Source of the DNA: Squalus acanthias
Taxonomy: Eukaryota
NCBI GenBank assembly: GCA_030390025.1
Contig: CM059432.1
Location: 44,890,001 to 44,954,000, forward strand
Reading direction: 5' to 3'
DNA: 64,000 bases
Part shown: piece after piece, positions 35,817 to 48,683 of the stretch
How the letters are laid out: each line of letters starts with the position of its first letter
Position numbering within the stretch: the stretch's first letter is position 1
Made by a program: the position numbers and the translations under genes
Notes under the pieces: generated by a model
Told to the model about the DNA's origin: nothing
Database searches by the model: none
What the model saw: only the letters and a program-made list of their open reading frames with translations

Positions 35817-38800
35817 TTGCCTGAAAATGCAGCATCTGACATAGTCATACTCACAAAATCATACATTTCAGCCAATGTCCCAGACTCCTCCATCACCATC
35901 CCTGGGTATGTCCTGTTCCACCGGCAAGACAGACCCACCAGGGGTGGCGGCACAGTGGAATACAATGGAGTGGCCCTGCGAGTCCTCAACATTGACTCCG
36001 GACCCCATGAAGTCTCTTGGCTTCAGGTAAAACATGGGCAAGGAAACCTCTTGCTGTTTACCACCAACTGCCCTCCCTCAGCTGATGAATCAGTACTCCT
36101 CCATGTTGAACATCACTTGGAAGAAGCACTGAAGGTAGCATGGGCACAGAATGTACTCTGGGTGGGGGACTTCAATGTCCATCACCAAGAGTGGTTCGGT
36201 AGCATCACTACTGACCGAGCTGGCCGAGTCCTGAAGGACATAACTGCCAGTCTGGGCCTGCGACAGGTGGTGAGAGAACCAACACGAGGGAAAAACCTAC
36301 TTGACCTCGTCCTCACCAATCTACCTGTCGCAGATGCATCTGTCCATGACAGCATTGGCAGCACAGTCATTGTGGAGACGAAGTCCCGTCTTCACACTGA
36401 GAACACCCTCCATCGTGTTGTGTGGCACTACCACCGTGCTAAATGGGATAGATTCAGAACAGATCTGGCAGCTCAAAACTGGGCATCCATGAGGCGCTGT
36501 GGGCCATCAGCAGCAGTGGAATTGTATTCCACCACAATCTGTAACCTCATGGCCCGGCATATTCCTCACTCTACAATTACCATCAAGCCAGGGGACCAAC
36601 CCGGGTTCAATAAGGAGTGTAGAAGAGCATGCCAGGAGCACCTAAAAATGCAGTGCCAACCTGGGGAAGCTGCAACACAGGACTACATGCATGCTAAAAA
36701 GTGGAGACAGCGTGCTACAGACAGAGCTAAGCGATCCCACAATCAAATCAAAGCTCTGCAGTCACAGAATCACAGAATCCCCACAGTGCAGATAGAGGCC
36801 ATTTCGGCCCATCGAGCCTGCACCGACACATATCCCACCCTATCCCCGTAACCCCACGTATTTAATCCCCCCAACACTAAGGGTCAATTTATCATAGCCA
36901 AATCAACCTAACCCGCACATCTTTGGACTGTGGGAGGAAACCGGAGCACCCGGAGGAAACCCACGCAGACACGGGGAGAATGTGCAAACTCCACACAGAC
37001 AGTCACCCCAGGCCGGATTCGAACCCAGGTCCCTGGCGCTGTGAGGCAACAGTGCTAACCACTATGCCACCGTGTTGCCCCAGTCCTGCCACATTCAGTC
37101 GTGAATGGTGGTGGACCATTAAACAACTAACGGGAGGAGGCTCCATGAATATCCCCATCCTCAATGATGGTGGAGCCCAGCACATGAGTGCAAAATACAA
37201 AGCTGAAGCGTTTGCAACCATCTTCAGCCAGAAGTGCCAAGTGGATGATCCATATCGGCCTCCTCCTGAGGTCATCACCATCACAGAAGCCAATCTTCAG
37301 CCAATTCGATTCACTCCATATGATATCAAGAAATGGCTGAGCGCACTGGATACAGCAAAGGCTGTGGGCCCCGACAACATCCCGGTTGTCGTGCTGAATA
37401 CTTGTGCTTCAGAACTAGCCGCGCCTCTAGCCAAGCTGTTCCAGTACAGCTATAACACTGGCATCCATCCGACAATGTGGAAAACTGCCCAGGTATGTCT
37501 GGTCCACAAAAAGCGGAACAAATCCAATCTGGCCAATTACAGCCCCATCAGTCTACTCTCAATCATCAGCAAAGTGATGGAAGGTGTCGTCGACAGTGCC
37601 ATCAAGCAGCACTTACTCACCAATAACCTGCTCACCGATGCTCAGTTTGGGTTCTGCCAGGACCACTCGGGTCCAGACCTCATTACAGCCTTGGTCCAAA
37701 CATGGACAAAGGTGTTGAATTCCAGAGGTGAGGTGAGAGTGGATGCCCTTGACTTCAAGGCAGCATTTGACTGGGTGTGGCTTCAAGGAGCCCTAGTAAA
37801 ACTGAAGTCAACGGGAATTGGGGGGAAAAATCTCCATTGGCTGGAGTCATACCTATCACAAAGGAAGATGGTTGTGATGGTTGGAGATCAATCATCACAG
37901 CCCCAGGACATCGCTGCAGGAGTTCCTCAGGGCAGTTTCCTCGGTCCAACCATCTTCAGCTGCTTCATCAGTGACCTTCCCTCCATAATAAAGTCAGAAG
38001 TGGTGATGTTCGCTGATAATTGCACAGTGTTCAGTTTCATTCGCAACTCCTCAGATAATTAATCGGTCCATGCCCGCATGCAGCAAGACCTGGACGACAT
38101 TCAGGCTTGGGCTGATAAGTAGCAGGTAACATTCATGCCACAAAAGTGCCAGGCAATGACTTTCTCCAACAAGCGAGTGTCTAATCACCGTCCCTTGACA
38201 TTCAGCAGCATTACCATCCCCCACCATGAATATCCTGGGGGTCACCATTGACCAGAAACTTAACTGGACCAGCCACATAAATACTGTGGCAACAAGAGCA
38301 GGTCAGAGGCTGGGCATTCTGCGGCGAGTGTCTCACCTCCTGACTCCCTGAAGCCTTTCCACCATCTACAAGGCACAAGTCAGGAGTGTGATGGAATACT
38401 CTCCACTTGCCTGGATCAGTGCAGCTCCAACAACATTCAAGAAGCTTGACACCATCCAGGACAAAGCAGCCCGCTTGATTGGCACCCCATCCACCACCTT
38501 AAACATTCACTCACTCCACCACCGGCGTACCGTGGCTGCAGTGTGTACTATTTACAAGATGCACTGCAGCAACTCGCCAAGGCTTCTTCGGTACCACCTC
38601 CCAAACTCACGACCTCTACCACCTAGAAGGACGAGGGCAGCAGGCGCATGGGAACACCACCACCTCAAAGTTCCTCTCCAAGTCACACACCATCCTGACT
38701 TGGAAGTATATCGCCGATCCTTCATCATTGCTGGGTCAAAATCCTGGAACTCCCTCCCGAACAGCACTGTGGGAGTACCTTCACCACCTGGACTGCAGCG

Positions 38801-38893
38801 GCTCACCACTACCTTCTCAAGGGCAATTAGGGATGGGCAATAAATGCTGGCCTTGTCAGCGATGCCCACATCCCATGAACGAATAAAAAAAAA
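35817..38893 (+). mobile_element. Near-complete ORF2 of a CR1/L2-group LINE (APE endonuclease + RT), decayed
   Basis: APE motifs RQDRPTRGGG, VGDFNVH, LLDLVLTN. RT motifs KAVGPDNIP, PISLLSIISKVME, QFGF, GVPQGSFLGP, FADNCT. 3' end ...CACATCCCATGAACGAATAAAAAAA. Confidence 0.95.
36764..37080 (-). mobile_element. HE1/V-type tRNA-derived SINE inserted in the LINE
   Basis: TSD CAGTC (36759-36763, 37081-37085). Minus-strand head TGGCATAGTGGTTAGCAC...GGTTCGAATCC (A/B boxes), V-domain-like core, CR1-derived tail ending in ATTCTGTG repeats. Confidence 0.92.
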
Positions 38894-39362
38894 ATCTGAT
38901 GTCCCAGTAACTGTTTGAATAATCTGGATTAAAAAAAGGAAAATATTTACAGTAGTGGGGTGAAATTATGCTGTGCAATACGCTATTAAGATTCAGGATC
39001 TTAACCTATTTGTATGAAATCTCTCTATCTGCTAAATCTTACTACTTTATCAAGCAAGTGAATAATGCAAATGTTCATGTGACAAAAATTCAGGTTTACT
39101 ACAGAAAATTAATCCAATTCAGTATTTTCAAAGAATATGTCGCTTTTGGATGTAAAAGGAAAAATATTTCATTAATAGGAACACCATCTCTAATCTTATT
39201 GACTGTCAAAAAATGTAAATACATCAGCAGGAAAAAGAAAATGTGTAGACAAAGCTGAACACTTTTCAAGTGTTTCATGAGCCAGTGATGATTATTATAG
39301 AAGGGATCAAGAGCAAACATTTGCAGTGGAACCCAGATGTTGAACATTTGAAGTGAAATGTC

Positions 39363-39628
39363 AGAGACAATATTCATATTAATACCTAGAGAGAGCAGAA
39401 TAAAGGAATGTGTGCGAAGACCAGTATGCAAATGCTCATGGAAATACAGCATGGAGGAGAAGTGGCAGCGTGGAATAATAACACTATGTAGGAGAGACAA
39501 TACTCATGCTAATACCGAAACAGAGCAGAATAAAGGACTGTGTGTGAAGACCAGTATGCAAATGCTAATGGCAATACAGTGTGGAGGAGAGGTGAGAGTG
39601 TGGAATAATAACGCTATGTAGGAGAGAA
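39363..39628. repeat. Tandem duplication, ~130-bp unit x2
   Basis: AGAGCAGAATAAAGG...GAAGACCAGTATGCAAATGCT...TGGAATAATAAC..TATGTAGGAGAG recurs at 39392 and 39522. Confidence 0.85.
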
Positions 39629-40085
39629 AACAATGGGCATGGAGGTGGTGAGATAACATGGAGGAGGCAGAAAAGAACAGCTGAGTAAGATGAAGGTGAC
39701 ATTGGAAAATGAGCAATTTAAGGTTTAAAGGGATATTCGCTGAGTATGTTTAAATAGGAAGAGTATAAAAACCATTGACCAATCCATATTGCTGAACAGC
39801 TTTGTGTGAAGTTGAGTTTCTTGTTCTTTTCATATTTTTATTGATTTTTCAGGAGCTTAACATGCAGATAAAAATTTTGTGAAGTCATTGTAGTTTTTGA
39901 TTGCACTGTGCTTTAGGAAAGTTCCATGTGTTATTTTTATGGGTGTTTATAGGCTGGGAGCAAGGCAGGTTTAAGGGTTGAGAAAGTTTGTTTGGTCTTG
40001 ATCCTTGGAGTTCACCTGCGAAGACGGGAGCAAGGAACATATTTAAAACAAGAGTCCAACTAATTTCCACAAACATGGTGACACT

Positions 40086-40367
40086 GGGGGGGAGGGGAGG
40101 GAATTTTAACCCCAGAAAATAGGTGGGTTTGCGTCGACTCCCTCCGCCTCTGATCCCGGCCTTCCGAACCTCCACTCCGATCCCGGCCTTCCGACCCCCC
40201 CTCTGATCCCGACCTTCCGAACCACATCCCGATCCCGGCCTCCGATCCCTACCTCCCTTCTCTCTGCTCCCTGGCTGCGGCCTGGTACTGCAGGCCTACC
40301 CACCCGATAGCCAGCCAGCCTTGCAATCTGGCTGGCTCCCTGCCTGCCTCCAAGTTAAATCCTGCCC
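40086..40367. mobile_element. Probable MITE with an internal GC-rich minisatellite (GATCCCGGCCTTCCGA x~4 at 40145-40250)
   Basis: Ends GGGAGGGAATTTTAAC and GTTAAATCCTGCCC. Possible ACT TSD. Confidence 0.45.
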
Positions 40368-40713
40368 ACTGTGTTTAAAATAAATGCCTCGTATTTTTCA
40401 CAGACCTATGTGGTGTTACAAAATCTCACTTTAACATTTTCAATTTGTCCTCCATGAGAGCTGTTCTCACCATTTCTCTTTCAGCAAGAAGTTGGGGCAA
40501 ATGAGGCCTGAAATGTCATTATGCTTGTAACTAATATTGTTATGTAATCATTCAACATCAGGCATCCGAAAGGCTGAATGACACAACAGCTATTCTCTTC
40601 CCCTAAAATTAAATGCTTAGGACATTTTGCCTAGTGGCTTGGCAGAGAACTGACAAAATCAGTTTGGGTGACAGGTAGTTATGGGATGATGCGATGACAA
40701 TTTGGGTGTGGAA

Positions 40714-41595
40714 GAACATAAGAACATAAGAACTAGGAGCAGGAGTAGGCCATACGCCCCCTCGAGCCTGCTCCGCCATTCAATAAGATCATGGCTGATC
40801 ATCGACCTCAACTCCACTTTCCCACCCGATCTCCATATCCCATGATTCCCCTAGTGTCCAAAAATCTATCTATCTCAGCCTTGAATATACACAAAGACTC
40901 AGCATTCACAGCCCTCTGGGGCAGAGAATTCCAAAGATTCACAACCCTCTGAGTGAAGAAATTCCTCCTCATCTCAGTCTTAAATGGCCTACCCCTTATC
41001 CTGAGACTATGCCCCCTAGTTCTAGACACTCCAGCCAGGGGAAACAACCTCTCAGCATCTACCCTGTCAATCCCTATCAGAATCTTGTATGTTTCAATGA
41101 GATCACCGCTCATTCTTCTAAACTCCAGAGAGTATAGGCCCATTCTACACAATCTCTCATCATAGGACAGCCCTCTCATCCCAGGAATCAATCTGGTGAA
41201 CCTTCGTTGCACCGCCTCCAAGGCAAGTATATCCTTCCTTAGCTAAGAAGACCAAAACTGTGCACAGTACTCCAGGTGTGGTCTCACCAAGGCCCTGTAC
41301 AATTGTAGCAAGACTTCCTTACTCTTATACTCCAACCCCCTTGCAATAAAGGCCAACATGCCATTTGCCTTCCTTATTGCTTGCTGTACCTGCGCGCTAG
41401 CTTTCTGTGTTTCTTGCACAAGGACACCCAAATCTCTCTGAACACCAACATTTGAAAGTTTCTCACCATTTAAAAAATATTTTGTTTTTCTATTCTTCCG
41501 ACCAAAGTGAATAACCTCACATTTCCTTACATTATACTCCATCTGCCACCTTACTGCCCTCACTTAGTCTATCTCTATCCCTTTGCAGACCCTTT
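40714..41595 (-). mobile_element. CR1 LINE, 3' part
   Basis: ORFs 40808..41221 and 41243..41563 (WQMEYNVRKCEVIHFG, LVRPHLEYCAQFWS, RRMSGDLIETYKI). CATAAGAA repeats. Confidence 0.95.
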
Positions 41596-44340
41596 GGACA
41601 CGATTTTGCGCCTGGAGGCGGGATGGTGGCGGGTCCGCTGGTCAGCGGGTTCTGGACCCACTACCGGTTGCCGTTGCCCTGCAATTAAAATTTTCCATTG
41701 ATTGTCCTCGTTAAGGCCGACGTGTGGGTTCTCCAAGGCAATCGCTGGGTGCCGGTCAGTTAGTCACGTCTGATGAGTCGATGTTGGACTAATTATTTAA
41801 AGGGGCCATGTCTCCTCTGCAGATTCATTTCTGTTTTGTTCCCTGAAGTGCTGGCTGCTGCAGGTATGGCAGCGTAAAAACCTAAGGCTGCTCCCCGCTT
41901 CGATCAGGACTCCCTCCATGCTCTTGTGGAGGGAGTAAGAGAACGTAAGGAGGTCCTCTTCCCTGGAGACGGAAGGAGGAGGCCTCCTCAGCATACCAAG
42001 GCAGCTTGGCTGCAAATTGCTGAGGAGGTCAGTTCGAGGTCAGTCTGCAGACGCACCTGGGTGCAGTGTCACAAGAGGTTTAATGATCTGTTGCGATCAG
42101 CAAAAGTGAGCATAACATCACACTTACCTTCCATCTGCCTCCCATCTCTTCTCATCCCCATCACTCTGCATTGGCAACCTTCCCCTGCACATCCCAACTC
42201 ACTCTAACATCCCTTGCACCCTCACCCATCCCTCTCTTTCTCTGTACAGAATCACGTCACCATCTTACTATGCATCACTCACACTCTTATGCAATACCAA
42301 CATCTAACAACGCACAGGGAGGGAACTTGGTTTCTGCACCTCACTCCTTCATAGTCTCCCTCTAAACATCTATGTCATCCATTCTTTACACTCATTCCAA
42401 CAATCTTTCGCAAACTCCACTTGTGTCCCTCATTACAGAAGAGAGCCCACAATAAAAGAGAGAGGGGGAGGACAGGAGGAGGCCCACCATCATTGGCGCA
42501 CCTAATGAGCGCTGAGGAGGCAGCCCTGGAGATTGCCGGAGGTGCAGAGGAGCTGGAAATGGGGGATGGAGAGACGGGCGTAGAAGAGCAAGCTGGTGAC
42601 AGAATTGATTTCCAACCTGCTGATTTAGCATTCATGAGTGACTAATATGGGAGATGATGCTCATAGAGATTGAGTGCTAAGCATCTGCACAATGGGATGT
42701 GTCTGCAACATACATTTCACTTGTCTAACTCATGCCTTTACTCCCCCACAGGACCATCGAGAGCCCCACTCCCCACTGTTCAGGAGAAAGAGCAGGAGCA
42801 CTCCTCAGAGGAACCATCAGTCTCTGAGGGAGCAGCGTCACCAGCAGTCAGCGCACCCAGCACCAGCGCAGAGACACACACCTCGGTGGGTTTTTTGCAA
42901 GATAGAGTAGTGTTGTCACCTGGTGTATCACAGCTCAAGTGAGCAGGAGCAGATGTTGGAGACAGGGACAGCAGTGGTGAGTCCTCGTCGGAGGATGCAG
43001 GGCTCTCTCAGCTCTGCTCAGCTGCATTTAAATGCTGAGGCTCTGTGGCCATCCAGAAAGAGAGCAGTGCTGGAGCTTCAGGAACAAGTGCAGGAGGCTC
43101 TGAGTGGGTTTGCTTCCATGGTAACTGCGAGTGTGCAGAGAATGGAGGAGTCCATCTTAAACATTAGCAATGCCGTGGTGAATGCTGTGGGCAATCTAGG
43201 TGCTGCCATGGAAAGGATGGCAACCTCCATGGAGGACCTAGCTCGCCAGACACAAGCCAACATGGTGGCTCTTCTAGATAGATGGGCAGCTATGGAGGAT
43301 AGAAGGCCATCTATCGTGGAGATGAACCAGAGGTACATGGACGTCCCGGTTATGAGGACTGTCAGTACAGAGACGGGTCCACATGGCCCCACTGATGTGC
43401 AGCAAGGTGCTCTCCAGCAACTTGCTAGCAGTGAAGTGCGGGTGACCCATGAGAGGGACGGTGGTGTTCGAGCACAAGGAAGTGGGGGCTTCTCTCCAAG
43501 CGTTCACACTCCCTTGCCACTGCCGAGCCCTCGGTCAGAGCCCCATCTGCCTGAGCCAACAGAGATGGCCGAGTCTGCCCCTGCGCAGCCGCAGGAGGAG
43601 CAGACTTTGGCAGGGCCCTCCAAGGCTCCGAAAACCAGAGGACGGCCGCCAAAGGTGTCTAAGCAGGAGCAGCAGGGAAGTGAGCAGGCTGCCTCCACAA
43701 ATGTTGAAGCCACAGGGGTCTCACAACGTAGAAAGCACGTGTAAGAGGAAGATGTCATGTTAATAATCACAAGGGTTCTCACTTGGGTGTTATGATAGAT
43801 TTAATTGTAAAGTTTCTGTTCTTTGCCAATATTGTAATAAATTGATGTAGAAACAATGGTTTGGCATCGTTGACATCTGTGTGATGTCAATTTGAGGGGG
43901 CACAGTTTAGGGTAAGTGCGCCTTTAAAATCCAGCAATGCAGGTTACTGTGGATCTATAGTGCACAACACATACTTGCAGCCTAAACACAGAATATGCCC
44001 CCCAAATTATTCAATCACAACCTCACAGATTACTAAATGACAAGATTTGAGAGTGCAGCTTTTACATTGCAGTTGCAGTTGTGAAGTCTCCAGCTCGCTG
44101 GTGTTAACGCCTCACTTACCTGGCGTGTTGTTGGATCGTCGTGAAACCCGACCCAGAAACTGGAAAATCCAAAAACCCTGTGATAATAGCTCTAAAATAC
44201 CACTTAATAGGCAGTTAAGCACCTTTAATCCCTCTCCCGCTGCTTGGTGTCGGGTCCGTTTGCAAATCGGAGAACCGATACTCGGGAAAGTTGCATGGAG
44301 GCGGGATCACGGCGGGTTCCGAACCCGCCGTCAATCATTT
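41596..44340 (+). mobile_element. Harbinger element carrying only the Myb-like gene (element D); right terminus lost
   Basis: Left end GGACACGATTTT...CTGGAGGCGGG resembles element C. Collinear with C through to 'GCCGTCAATCATT', then lacks C's last ~60 bp. Confidence 0.85.
41866..43763 (+). pseudogene. Harbinger Myb/SANT-like gene, 3 exons (41866-42105, 42439-42595, 42752-43763)
   Basis: Canonical GT-AG introns with matching phases (0 and 1). APRFDQDSLHALVEGV...AAWLQIAEEV...RRTWVQCHKRFNDLLRSAK; RTGGGPP. TAA at codon 4, 2-bp deletion near 42938 and 1-bp insertion near 43733 relative to C. Confidence 0.9.
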
Positions 44341-44344
44341 TAAA

Positions 44345-45345
44345 CAAAATATTTGTTTAACGTTTCTGCCATTTCCTTATTCCCCATAATAATTTCTCCT
44401 ATCTCAGCCTCTAAGGGAGCAACGTTTACTTTTGCTACTCTCTTCCTTTTTACATACTTGTAGAAGCTCTTACAAGCTGCTTTTATATTTCTTGCTAGTT
44501 TTCTCTCATATTCTATTTTTTCCCCTTTTATCAATTTTTTGGTCAACCTTTGCTGGTTTCTGAAATTCTCCCAATCCTCAGGCTTACTATTATTCTTTGC
44601 AACATTATAAGCTTCTTCTTTCAATCTAATGCTATCCTTAACTTCATTAATTACCCACGGTTGGATCACTTTTCCCATGGAGTTTATGTTTCTCAATGGA
44701 ATGTACTTTTTTTGAGAATTATGAAATATTTCTTTAAATGCTAGCCACTGCTTATCTACCGCCATACCTTAGCCAACTCGCCACTCATACCTATGTAATT
44801 GGCTTTATTTAAGTTTAAGACTCTAGTTTCAGACTTAGGCAAGTCACTCTCAAACTTAATGTGAAATTCTATCATATTATGATCTCTCTGCCCCAGAGGA
44901 TCCTTTACTATGAGATTGCTAATTAACCCTGTCTCATTACACAATACAAGATCTAAAATAGCCTCTTCCCTGGTTGGTTCCATGACATATTGTTCTAGGA
45001 AACTGTCCCAAATGCATTCCATGAACTCGTCCTCCAGACTACCTTTGCCAATTTGATTTGTCCAGTCTATATGAAGATTAAAGTCCCCCACGATTATTGC
45101 ATTACCTTTGTTACAAGCTCCTACTATTTCTTGATTAATATTCTGTTCAACTATATAGCTACTGTTAGGGGGTCTATATACGACTCCCACCAATGTTTTC
45201 TGCCCCTTGTTATTCCTTATCTCCACCCAAACTGATTTTACATCCTGATCGTCCGAGCTGAGATCCTTTCTCTCTACTGTCCTTATGTCATCCTTTATTA
45301 TCAGGGCTACTCCCCCTCCTTTTCCATTCTGCCTGTCTTTTCGAA
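44345..45345 (-). mobile_element. CR1 LINE, endonuclease-containing 5' part
   Basis: ORFs 44756..45226 (VGVVYRPPNS, VGDFN, LDLVLCN, DHNMIEF) and 44340..44765 (KSFYKYVK...ETLNKYF). Confidence 0.93.
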
Positions 45346-45791
45346 GATAGTCCTCTAATAGCCATTGGGATACTGGGCCATCCCTGTGGAAAACCTAACT
45401 TTTATTCACAAAGTATGTCTTCCTAGGGTGCAAATGTCTATCTGAAAATTTTAATGAGGCATAAAAAAGATGATTCTGGCTACAAATTGGATAGCCACCA
45501 AAAACGGGCAAGGGGATCGCAATGCGCGATTAACCCGCTCCTGTTCAATGTAATGCAGGCAGCACACAAACTTTGTGCTGCCTGCTAATTATAATGAGAG
45601 TGGCATGCAGCCCAGCGCTAAATATACTGCTGAGTGGCTGCACGCTCAGCAGGGATCCCAAGTTCGTGCAAGGCTAGCACCAATTAAAGCTAGCCTGCAC
45701 TTCTTAAAGACAATCTGCACCTCTTAAATGGCTGCAGCAGGTACTGGAAGTCGTTATAGAGGAGTGCATGTGACCTACAGGAAGAGTGAAG

Positions 45792-47698
45792 ATGGCGCAA
45801 CATGGTAGAGAGTGGGCTCCCAGATTTTCTGATGCAGCATTTGAGGCTCTGGTACAGCAGGTGGCCAGGAAGGAGAGATGTCCTGCATCCACAGGGGGGC
45901 CAGAGGTCCCTCCAGACAGACGCTGAGAAGGGAATGCGAGCAGATAGCCGTCGCTATCAATGCAAGCAATATAGCCACAAGGACCTGGATGCAGTGCAGG
46001 AAGAGGTTTAATGACCTTACACGAGTGGTCAAGGTGAGTGAATTCATCTTCAAATGCCATATCCCACAAACTGCACCATTAACCTCACACACTGCTCAAT
46101 TCACCACACCCCTATTACTCACCTACCAATAATCTCTATCAATCACGACTCATACCTTACATTCATAGGCTCCATCTCACCCTCACACATTTATCACTGC
46201 TGCAAGACTCACACCCACGTCTCACAGCTTGCACACACGACAGCCACATCAGCCAAACACAGTGAACCACACTCACTCACACACTGCCCTCTCTCTTGCA
46301 GGACAAGGTGGCGCACAATCGTGGACAGCTGCAGCTAACTTGAGGGGGACAGGCACGCCTTCATATCCTGACCCTGCTCGAGGAGACAGTGCTCCCCATA
46401 ATTGGAGTGGCTGTGACTGAGGCCGTGGCCAGCGGCAGCGCTGAAAGCATTGAAGATGACAGAATGCTCATACTTTATCCTCCTTCTCTCAACTCACAAT
46501 CACTTCTGACATACAAGCTTCAGAAGGTGCAAGCATGCACCTCGTGCTTTCACCACTCCCGCCACCTCATCGCCGCCCCCCGCCCCCACCCCGCCACCCT
46601 GCTCCCTGCACCACAACCATATCCTTGTTTCTCATTTCAGAAACCCAATATATCCAACCTGGCTAGCCAATGGTGCAAGAGGAAGAGGAGAGTGATGATG
46701 AAGAAAAAACACCATCACTTGATCTGACACGCGCAGCCACCAGCTCAGCTTCTGGCATTGCACGAACTTTAGAGGGTAGCTTAGAGGCGGGATCTGCAGG
46801 TGAGTCACCGGGCATGAGTGGCCTGCAGCCAGGGCAGGGGGAAAAGGTAGCACAAGTGCCTGCTCCCTGGAGATCAAGGTCGCACACCAGTTCTGCTGCA
46901 CAGGACTCAGATGAGGACTTCGATGGAGGAACGCTGACGGGTATGCACAACAAAATGCTTGGTGCATTGGCAGGAATGCCAGAAAGCCTGAATGCAATGT
47001 CAAGGAGGATGGAGGAGTCCTTCACCAACCTTGCACAAGGCTTTGTGCAGAACGTGGCACCCATCCTTTCCAGCGTGGAAGGGGTGGGCAGATCCATTAG
47101 CGCACTTGTGAACCCAACTATCATGCAACCTCTGATGGATGATGTCACAGCTTCCATTGCAGCACAAGCAATAGCCACCCAACGTCTGAGTGCTGCAATG
47201 GAAGCTCAGACTGAAGTCATGCAAGCTCAGCTTGCTGCCACGCAAGCACAGACGCTGCCATTGTGGCTGGGTTTACCCATGTTGAAAGTGGCTTGCAGGG
47301 TATCACAGCAGTCCAGCAATCTGTCCTCTAGCAGATTACTAGGATTGCTGAGGCATTGCCCCGGGTGAGTGGCAGTGGCTCCAGGGAGGATGAACCTGCT
47401 GTCAGGATGACAGCATTCGTCCTCCCACTGCTGCCACTCTGTCAGTGCCCTTGCTGTTGCCTGTCATCCAGCCAGCCCAGACTGCTGCCACCCATGCAGA
47501 GGTGGTGCTGTGTGGTACCGGGCCTACTAGGCCCAGAGCTGCTCGAGGTCATCCTGCAAGGCCATCTGCAGTGACCCCTCTGAAAGTCAGCAGCCTTCCA
47601 CCAGCCATGTTGTAGCCACTAGGGTAGCACTGCGAACGAGCACTAGGACAGGCAAAGGCACACGGAATACAGGCACTAAGGGAATGCGCAAGTGTGAT
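45792..47698 (+). pseudogene. Harbinger Myb-like gene, 3 exons (45792-46033, 46302-~46460, 46641-~47698)
   Basis: APRFSDAAFEALVQQV; TRTWMQCRKRFNDLTRVVK|GTGAG; TTGCAG|DKVAHNR; TTTCAG acceptor at 46640; ORF 46670..47368. Confidence 0.85.
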
Positions 47699-47756
47699 TA
47701 GTTGACTTTTGAGTGAAATATGGGACTACCGTTGAATGGGGAATTTGGTGTTGCGT

Positions 47757-48683
47757 TCACTGGCACCGTAGTCTGATGATTTGATCACAGACAGCCCAGA
47801 CAGAAAGGGGCTGTTTGGGCTGTCTCCTCCCTTCCTCCTCTTCTGCTTCCTCCTCATCCTCTTCTGCTTCCTCTTCATCCTCTTCTACTCCTCCTGCTCC
47901 TCTTCTTCCTCCTCCTCTTCTCCAGTTGGTCACCGTATTCCTCATGGCCTTTGTCATCCAGAGTCACCCTCTGGTTTGTCGTGGTGGATCAAATACTGAT
48001 GGTACAGCGCACTTCTGCAGAATGAGCGCATAATGGCTGCTACCAGGGTACCGAGCATTGACTTGCATGATGCACTGAGTATGGTAGCACACCAGCTGGA
48101 CATTGAGGTAGTGGAATCCCTTCCAGTTGCAGTCCATCTCCAAATTGAGATGCGGCCCCCCAAAGCGACATGTGTGCAGTCAATGGCACCCTGCACCCTG
48201 TTATCCTTATGAAGCTGCATGCTCCCTCCACCTGCTTCTTTCTGGTAAGAGAGAATGAAATGTATTCAGCTCTGCTTGCGTACAGAGCCTCACTCACCTC
48301 CCTTATACAGGAGTAGATGGCAAACTGGGAGATGTTACAGCCTAGAAGGAGCCCGACGCCAAGATGTTCATGGCCACGGTCACCTTTACAGCCACTGGTA
48401 ATGCTGTCCTCGTCCTGGACTGAGGCTGCAGGTCCGACTGCAGCACGTGGCAGATTTCAGTGAGCACCTCCTTAGTAAAACAGAGACGTCGCATGCACTG
48501 TTCCTCACTGAGGTTGAGGTAGGAGAAATGCTTCCTGAAGACCCTGGGTGGATATGGCCTCCTGCTGAGAGCCCTTCTCCCCCTCCTCTTCCTGCCTCTT
48601 CTTGCGGCTTGTTCTGCTCTGTTTCACCTCTGCTCATTCTCCCTGTCATGCAGGGAAAGGGGGATACAAGTTACTGCACCTAT
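47757..48683 (-). pseudogene. Harbinger transposase remnant with internal deletion
   Basis: RVQGAIDCTHVAL, SEALYASRAEYISF, and an acidic C-terminal tail ending IIRLRCQ*. The WLLGD...CCxLHN region is missing. Confidence 0.8.

Noticed and set aside
36764..37080. Novel-looking ends of ORFs 35817..36851 and 36923..38062
   Set aside because: Chimeras created by the SINE insertion; the LINE sequence rejoins across the CAGTC TSD.
37010..37080. tRNA gene
   Set aside because: The A/B boxes belong to the SINE head; no complete cloverleaf is evident.
40145..40250. Regularly spaced short repeats resembling a CRISPR array
   Set aside because: No unique spacers or cas genes, and the context is eukaryotic. 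It is a minisatellite.
41770..41777. CTGATGAG (also at 8711) as a possible hammerhead core
   Set aside because: No stem II followed by GAAA and no stem I pairing.
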